A stretch of 64,000 nt of DNA, taken from Polyangiaceae bacterium. GTDB taxonomy: Bacteria > Myxococcota_A > Polyangia > Polyangiales > Polyangiaceae. A model generated the notes under the pieces. The model was not told where the DNA came from and did no database searches. It saw only the letters and a list, made by a program, of their open reading frames with translations. Shown piece after piece: positions 58,178-64,000 of the stretch. A program made the position numbers and the translations under genes. The stretch lies in assembly GCA_044222475.1 (NCBI GenBank), contig JBGANF010000022.1:16134-80133 (forward strand), given 5' to 3'. Numbering within the stretch: the first letter of the stretch is position 1; the number at the start of each line of letters is the position of its first letter.

Positions 58178-59053
58178 TCAGTTCGCCGTGAGGTGACCGT
58201 CCGACCACTTCAGTTGGCCCGCCGCGAAGAGCATGAAGAAGTAGCTCCCCGGTTTGGCCGGCACTTGTACGTCGCACGTCACGATGCCCTTCGAGTCGGC
58301 GAGCACGGTTCCGGGCACGCACGCGACGTCGGCGCTCGCGAGCGTGTCGTTCGTGCTGGTGAGACGAAAGCCCCAACCGGGCACCGGTTGCCCTTGCGAC
58401 GGGCCCTGTTGGAAGACCGCGAGCGCGACGATCGCACCTTTGAGGATCGAGCCTGCTTTGGCCGTACCGAGATCGTGCGTTCCGGAGGGGACGTTGTACT
58501 GGATCAGAGGAGGCATCGGGGCGTTGCCTTGAGGCACCGCGGTGACGATGATCGAGAAGTCGGCGGTCTTCCCGTTCCACGACGCGGTCACCGTCGCGAG
58601 GTCGTAGCCGAGGAACGGTTGGATGCCGAACGCATTGATCGAGACGCTCGCGATCCCGTCGGCGTCGGTCGTGACCTCGCCGTTCGGTGCCTGCACGTGG
58701 ATCGCGTTGCCTTTGCTCAGCGCGAAGGTCACCGTCGCGCCCACGACCGGGGTCTTCCCGTCGCTCGTCGCGCGGACGCGGAGCTGATCGCCCGCGGGCC
58801 AACCGGACGGCACGGTCGTCCCGTCTCCGGAGACGACCACGAGCTGCGGTGACGACGAAGGGGGCGGGGATGCATCCGTGCTCGACGCGGCGTCGCCCTT
58901 CGGAGCGGCGGCGTCCTTGGTCGTGCTCGCGTCCTTGGTCGAGCTCGCGTCGGTCGATCCGGGGCCCGCGTCCGCGTCGAAGCGGTTCTGAACATCGCTG
59001 CCGCAGCCGACGAGCATCGAGACGAGCAAGGCGGGGAGGAGGGCGCTTCGCAT
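58178..59053 (-). CDS. Lipoprotein with Ig-like (Big-1-like) domain
   Basis: LVGC lipobox; PVVGATVTF, TTDADGIAS. Confidence 0.75.
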   Translation of the reverse strand: MRSALLPALLVSMLVGCGSDVQNRFDADAGPGSTDASSTKDASTTKDAAAPKGDAASSTDASPPPSSSPQLVVVSGDGTTVPSGWPAGDQLRVRATSDGKTPVVGATVTFALSKGNAIHVQAPNGEVTTDADGIASVSINAFGIQPFLGYDLATVTASWNGKTADFSIIVTAVPQGNAPMPPLIQYNVPSGTHDLGTAKAGSILKGAIVALAVFQQGPSQGQPVPGWGFRLTSTNDTLASADVACVPGTVLADSKGIVTCDVQVPAKPGSYFFMLFAAGQLKWSDGHLTAN

Positions 59054-59143
59054 GCCGGCCAGTGTTGGCCTTCGCTCGCGAAAGATCGCCTGAAACGTCC
59101 TGAAATGGGCGTCTCGGACGCGCGAACGTGGTTCCATGGCGCC

Positions 59144-59932
59144 GTGAGCCGACTGCTTCGCGTCACGATGCGCACGGACAAGGAGCGAGGGAGCGGCTTT
59201 CCGTTCGAAGTCCCCGTGATCGCCTCTCTCGAGACGCTGGACCTCTCGGCGCAGGTCACGTTCTTCGTGGGCGAGAACGGATCGGGCAAGTCGACGCTGC
59301 TCGAAGCGATCGCGATCGCGACGGACGTGCCCACCGCCGGCAGCGATTCACTCGCCCATGACCCGACGCTCGCCGCGCAACGTGAGCTCGCTTCGACGCT
59401 GCGGCTTGCGTGGGGCAAGAAATCTCGCCGCGGGTTCTTCCTCCGCGCGGAAGATTTCTTCGGATACCAAAAGAGGGAGGCGAAGACGACGGCTCGAATC
59501 ATTCGAGAGGCGCGCGAGATGCGGGCAGGTGCTGCTCGTTCCGAGGGCGATGGCCTGCTCGACGACGAACGACGCATGGGCGAGTTCATCGCCGCTCACG
59601 ACGGCCAGTCCCACGGCGAGAGCTTCCTAGAGTTCTTCCAGAACCGGGTTCGGCGCGAGGGGGTGTATCTGCTGGACGAGCCTGAAGCTCCTCTCTCTCC
59701 GATCCGGCAGTTGAGCCTCGTCGCCCTCATCGCACTTCGAGCCGAGGCCGGAGCTCAGTTCGTCATCGCAACGCACTCGCCCATCGTGCTCGGTGTTCCG
59801 GGTGCGCGGATCCTGTCCTTCGACGGCGGGCGAATCACCGAGACGGCCTACGACGACCTCGAGCACGTCCGCGTCACTCGCGACTTTCTCCTCAACCGCG
59901 AGGCCATCCTTCGAAAGCTGACCGAACCATGA
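59144..59932 (+). CDS. ABC-class predicted ATPase (COG3910/AAA_21-like)
   Basis: GENGSGKST, SHGESF, LLDEPEAPLSP, IATHSP. Confidence 0.9.
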   Translation: MSRLLRVTMRTDKERGSGFPFEVPVIASLETLDLSAQVTFFVGENGSGKSTLLEAIAIATDVPTAGSDSLAHDPTLAAQRELASTLRLAWGKKSRRGFFLRAEDFFGYQKREAKTTARIIREAREMRAGAARSEGDGLLDDERRMGEFIAAHDGQSHGESFLEFFQNRVRREGVYLLDEPEAPLSPIRQLSLVALIALRAEAGAQFVIATHSPIVLGVPGARILSFDGGRITETAYDDLEHVRVTRDFLLNREAILRKLTEP

Positions 59933-60984
59933 AGGTGCTCCTCCTCGGTGGCTCCGGGCTCCTCGGTGGTCCCGCGCGCGACGCGTTCCTCGCCGCCGGG
60001 CACGACGTCACCGTCGTCTCGCGCGGCGCGATCGAGAACCCGGCTTCGATTCGCGCGATCCGTGTATCACCGTCGATTTCCTCGCGTACGACCAGGACAA
60101 TGTGACGTCGCTCTTCGCATCGGGCGTCGCACCGGGGAAGCTCGTGATGATCTCGACCGGCCAGGTGTACCTCGTCGCGAAGGACCCGCGCCCCCCGTTT
60201 CGCGAAGCCGACGCCGCCGCCCCAGCGATGCCCGAGCCCGAGCGCGACACGCGCGCGCACGGCAACTGGGTCTACGGAATGGGAAAGCGCGCCGCCGAGG
60301 CCGCGCTCGTCCGCGAGTCCAGCGAGCGCGGCCTCCCGTCGCTCGCGCTGCGGATCCCCGCGGTCCAGGGTGAAGCCGATGGCCGGAGCACCGCGCGACT
60401 CTGGGCGTGGATCGAGCGCATGCGCGACGGCGGACCGGTGCTCGTGCCGGAGAGCGCGTCCCGGCTTCGCTTCGTCTACTCCGGTGACGTCGCCGCCGCG
60501 TTGCTGAAGCTCGCCGAGGGCGACACGTGGCCGAGCGTGCCCGCGCTGAACTTGGCGCAACCCGAGGAGCACACGCTGCGCGAGTTTCTCGAGATCGTCG
60601 CGCGCGCCGCCTCGATCACGCCGACGTTCGTCTCGATCGACGCGGAGCGACTCGCGCGCGCCGGGCTCGCCGATGCGCTGCCGTACACCGGCCCGTGGTG
60701 GTCGAACCCGGATCCGTCGGCGGCCCGAGCGCTCGGCTTTCGTACGCGAGGCCCCGAGGAGTACCTACCGGCTCGACTGGCCCGCGCCGCTCGCCGATGC
60801 GCTGCCGTACACCGGCCCGTGGTGGTCGAACCCGGATCCGTCGGCGGCCCGAGCGCTCGGCTTTCGCACGCGAGGCCCCGAGGAGTACCTACCGTCGGTC
60901 GTTCGCGCGCACCTCGATCACCGACCGCCTTCGCACGAAGGCTACGCGGTCCGACCCAAAGAGCTGGCGCTTCTGCGTCAGTAG
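59929..60984 (+). pseudogene. NAD-dependent epimerase/dehydratase, frameshifted twice (pseudogene or assembly error)
   Basis: MKVLLLGGSGLLG start in one frame, core with YGMGK (YxxxK) in a second frame, C-terminus after an out-of-frame duplication. Confidence 0.75.
60665..60894 (+). repeat. 106-bp direct repeat (60665-60770 and 60789-60894), period 124 bp
   Basis: Two copies differing at one position (cgTacg vs cgCacg). Confidence 0.92.
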
Positions 60985-61400
60985 GTCGCGCAGGTCCACT
61001 CTTTCGGCGGACAGTTCGTGCAACGACCGCCCATGCACGCGCCACCGCACACCGAGACCTGCTCGAGCGTGCCGGCCTTCGCGTAGTAGTACGGCCCGTC
61101 GACCGCCGCGTCGCAGTCGATGCCCCACAGGTTCCCGCACGCGCGCTCGAAGCGACACTGAGGCCCGAACTTCGACTTGATTCGGGCAGTCATGCTCGCG
61201 TCGATCGCGGCGGAGCTCGTGGGCGTCGGGGTCGGGGCCGCCGTCGCTGTTGCCGTCGGCGTCGCCGCGCCGGCCTCGCTCGCGACCGGCGGCGCCGACG
61301 TCGTCGGGGCGACGACGACGGTCTGCGGCTCCGACGTCTTCTGCGGGCATGCGGTGACCAGCGGGAGCGCGAGCAGCACGATCGAGAGCTTGAGCTTCAT
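60978..61400 (-). CDS. Cys-rich lipoprotein
   Basis: VTAC lipobox; DCDAAVDGPYYY..CGGAC..C..CPP..W.C. Confidence 0.78.
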   Translation of the reverse strand: MKLKLSIVLLALPLVTACPQKTSEPQTVVVAPTTSAPPVASEAGAATPTATATAAPTPTPTSSAAIDASMTARIKSKFGPQCRFERACGNLWGIDCDAAVDGPYYYAKAGTLEQVSVCGGACMGGRCTNCPPKEWTCATY

Positions 61401-61658
61401 CGCGCCCGAGGCTAGCGCATGTCAGGAACGCGGGCAGCCGTCGTCGGTGGAGTCAAAGCGCGCGCGCCTGGGATCCAGCGCCGCGTCGTCCGAACGCTTC
61501 GCCGGGCCCACATCGAAGCGCACCGGGCGCCGACGTAGCCCAACGTGGTAGGAGGCGTCACCTCGCGAACGTGCGGAAGCACTCGCGGGATGAACAGAGT
61601 CCGTTCGAATCGGACCGTCGGCAGTTCTTTCTTTCATGGTAAAAATCGGATCGAGGGG

Positions 61659-62165
61659 ATGAAGCTCGACCCGATCATCGAGACACCATGCATGGTGACC
61701 GGGCTCTGGCGCCGGTTCGCGGTCCACTTGTTCGAGGGGAAGCTCCCTCTCGACGAGATGGAGACGCTCGAACGCGCCAGCGAGACCTGGCACGCGAAGC
61801 TCACCGGGAAGCTCGTGGAGATGGTCGTCATCTTCCCGAGCAAGGCGCAGATGACGAGCGAGGAGCGCCAACGCATGACCCGCATCATCAAGCGCTGGGA
61901 GCACACCCGGGCGGCGTCGGCGACCGTGATCCTCGCTCAAGGTCTCACGGGCTCGCTCCATCGAAGCGTCCTCACCGGCATGAACATGGTCGTCCCCGCG
62001 CCGCATCCGATGAAGGTCTTCGGCGAGGTGCGAGAGGCCGTACACTGGCTCTCGCCTCACACTCGCGAGGTCTGCGGTCCCGACGCCAAACCCGAGGTCG
62101 TGCTCGACGCGATCGAGACGTTGCGCGAGCGGTTCGCGAAGCGCCCCGTGCGGGCACCGGGGTGA
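61659..62165 (+). CDS. Hypothetical protein (STAS/SEC14-like, myxobacterial type)
   Basis: GAGGGG RBS; ...P.KVF..V.EAV.WL pattern. Confidence 0.65.
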   Translation: MKLDPIIETPCMVTGLWRRFAVHLFEGKLPLDEMETLERASETWHAKLTGKLVEMVVIFPSKAQMTSEERQRMTRIIKRWEHTRAASATVILAQGLTGSLHRSVLTGMNMVVPAPHPMKVFGEVREAVHWLSPHTREVCGPDAKPEVVLDAIETLRERFAKRPVRAPG

Positions 62166-62172
62166 CCCAGCG

Positions 62173-63246
62173 ATGAACGTACGCCTCCTCCTCCTCCTCG
62201 CCATCGCGGGCTGCGCCGGCGCGGGTACTCCGCCGAGCGGTTCGCCTTCTCCGTCGGCCTCGGCCGCGTCTGCGTCGGCGGTCGCCTCGGCGAGCGTGTC
62301 GGTCACTCCGATCTCGGTCGCATCGTCGAGCCCGGCCGCCGTCGTCGACGCCGGCCCGCCCGCCGACGTGCTCTGCGAAGGTCGCTCGTGCCGCATCGAA
62401 AAGGCCAACGCCGGCACCCTCGCCGACCTCGCGCGCTCCCACCCCGACCTCGGTGACGTCTGGATCCTCGGCGGTCGCCCCGGCACGCTCGCGCCGCTCG
62501 CGCCGTTGACGAAGCTCCACCGCTTTCGAATCGCCCTCTGCGAGGGCCTCACCGACAAGGACTTCGCGTTCGCCAAGGGCTGGACGGAGCTCACCGAGCT
62601 CGAGGTCTCCAACTGCGACAACTTCACGTCGGTCGCGCCGCTGGGCTCCCTCCCGAGGCTGACGGACGTCTCGCTGATCAACACGAGCCTCCGCTCGATC
62701 GAGTGGCTACAGGGCGCTCCCCTCGTGAAGCTCCGCGTCCAGAGCGGGGTGACGGACCTCGCCGCCATCGCGACGATGACCCAGCTCACCGACCTCTCGC
62801 TCGTCGATCTCGACGGCGTACACGCCGCTCCGTTCCTCGGCAAGCTCACTCACCTCGAGACGCTCTACGTCGAAGCGACCGATTTCACGAGCCTCCCCGA
62901 TCTGTCGCCTCTCGTGTCGCTCAAGAACCTCACGCTGAGCCACGTGCCCAAGCTCACCGAGCTCAAGGGCCTCGCCGCGCTCCCCGCGCTCACCAACGTC
63001 TCGATCGACTGGTGCGGCATCACCGATCTCGCGAAGGTGGGCACGCTCGATCACGTCGCGTTCCTTCACCTCGAAGGCACCAAGGTGAAGGACCTCACCC
63101 CGCTCGCCGCGTGGAAGAGCCTCGGCGTCGTCATCGTCGCCGACGACACGTCACCGGCGCTGCTCGCCGCGTTGAAGAAGGCGAAGCCGAGCCTCCGCGC
63201 GATCACCGCGCACCAGGCGGCGCTCGCCGCCCAAGGCCCGCACTGA
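62173..63246 (+). CDS. Leucine-rich-repeat lipoprotein (internalin-like)
   Basis: IAGC lipobox; repeated L..L..L..L.L units. Confidence 0.85.
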   Translation: MNVRLLLLLAIAGCAGAGTPPSGSPSPSASAASASAVASASVSVTPISVASSSPAAVVDAGPPADVLCEGRSCRIEKANAGTLADLARSHPDLGDVWILGGRPGTLAPLAPLTKLHRFRIALCEGLTDKDFAFAKGWTELTELEVSNCDNFTSVAPLGSLPRLTDVSLINTSLRSIEWLQGAPLVKLRVQSGVTDLAAIATMTQLTDLSLVDLDGVHAAPFLGKLTHLETLYVEATDFTSLPDLSPLVSLKNLTLSHVPKLTELKGLAALPALTNVSIDWCGITDLAKVGTLDHVAFLHLEGTKVKDLTPLAAWKSLGVVIVADDTSPALLAALKKAKPSLRAITAHQAALAAQGPH

Positions 63247-63256
63247 TCGACGTCGA

Positions 63257-64000
63257 TCAGTTCGGCGCGCAGGTCGACACGCCGGCGCCGACGATCGTGG
63301 AAGGGTGGCTCGCGACCACGGTCTCGGTCTTGAGGACCGGATCGTAGCGCGTGACCGACGTCCCGCCGCCGGGGCTGTTGAACATGTAAAAGTCGCCGCC
63401 CCAGTACGCGAACGCGAACGCGTCGCTGTTCGAGCCGACCTTGACCGGGCTCGACGCCACCACTTGCGCCGTCTTCCGGTTGATCTGGGAGACGACTCCG
63501 CCGCCCGTGTCTTTGATGCAGTATGCAAAGAGCTCGTCGTTGCTCGTCCCGGTCATCTCGCAGCGGAGCGGCAGACTGGGGACGAACGGTCCGACGAACG
63601 AGAGCTTGAAGCTCGTCGTGTCGATCGAGGCGAGCCCCTTGCCGCCGGCGTTGTCGGACACGTAGAGCTGCTCCCCGAGCTGATCGCCGGAGTAGCCCAT
63701 GCCGAACGTGCTGTACCCGAGCTGATTCGGCACGTACGGGGTCGACTGGCACGACGCGTTCGCGGTGCTCACTCGGAAGAGCTTCCCGTCGGTGAAGACG
63801 GAGTAGGCGGTCCCCGAGCGCTCGACGCCCATCGAGAACGGCGTCGCGTTGCCCGCGCCAGGGCAGTTGATCGGCCCGATCGTCGTGAAGTTGAGCGTCG
63901 GCGGGTAGAACGCGAGGAGCGTGTTCTGCGACGTGATCAAATAGATCTGCGTCGCGCCTGCGTCGGTGCACCCCAGCGGCGGCGGCTTCGGTACGTCCTT
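63257..64000 (-). CDS. Hypothetical beta-propeller-like secreted protein, C-terminal part; start lies beyond the window
   Basis: Frame open to the edge; AFAYWGGDFY, IVGAGVSTCAP. Confidence 0.75.
   Translation of the reverse strand, partial: KDVPKPPPLGCTDAGATQIYLITSQNTLLAFYPPTLNFTTIGPINCPGAGNATPFSMGVERSGTAYSVFTDGKLFRVSTANASCQSTPYVPNQLGYSTFGMGYSGDQLGEQLYVSDNAGGKGLASIDTTSFKLSFVGPFVPSLPLRCEMTGTSNDELFAYCIKDTGGGVVSQINRKTAQVVASSPVKVGSNSDAFAFAYWGGDFYMFNSPGGGTSVTRYDPVLKTETVVASHPSTIVGAGVSTCAPN

Noticed and set aside
60665..60894. CRISPR array
   Set aside because: Only two long copies inside coding sequence; no spacer series and no cas genes

Overview
High-GC, gene-dense bacterial chromosomal segment. 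The gene content (Ser/Thr kinases, many Cys-rich lipoproteins, FGE-fold lipoproteins, ccsA-hemA pair, MYXO-CTERM-like anchor, sigma54-type promoters) suggests Myxococcota, probably Polyangiaceae-like; this is an inference. It holds about 68 CDSs, one tRNA-Arg(UCG) and one frameshifted epimerase gene with an internal duplication. I saw no integrase, transposase, CRISPR array or rRNA. Strongest leads: (1) an orphan signal-peptide protein that looks like two T4 gp19-type tail-tube domains nested one inside the other, behind a sigma54-type promoter; (2) a HEAT-repeat protein with a C-terminal HEPN-like RxxxxH domain; (3) a radical SAM/SPASM + tethered lipopeptide + ferritin-like diiron operon; (4) a ClpB paralog with a degenerate first ATPase domain; (5) an M29 peptidase homolog lacking its metal ligands; (6) a KcsA-like channel with an SVGYAD filter downstream of an NfeD/flotillin pair. 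All family calls come from reading motifs by eye, not from database searches.
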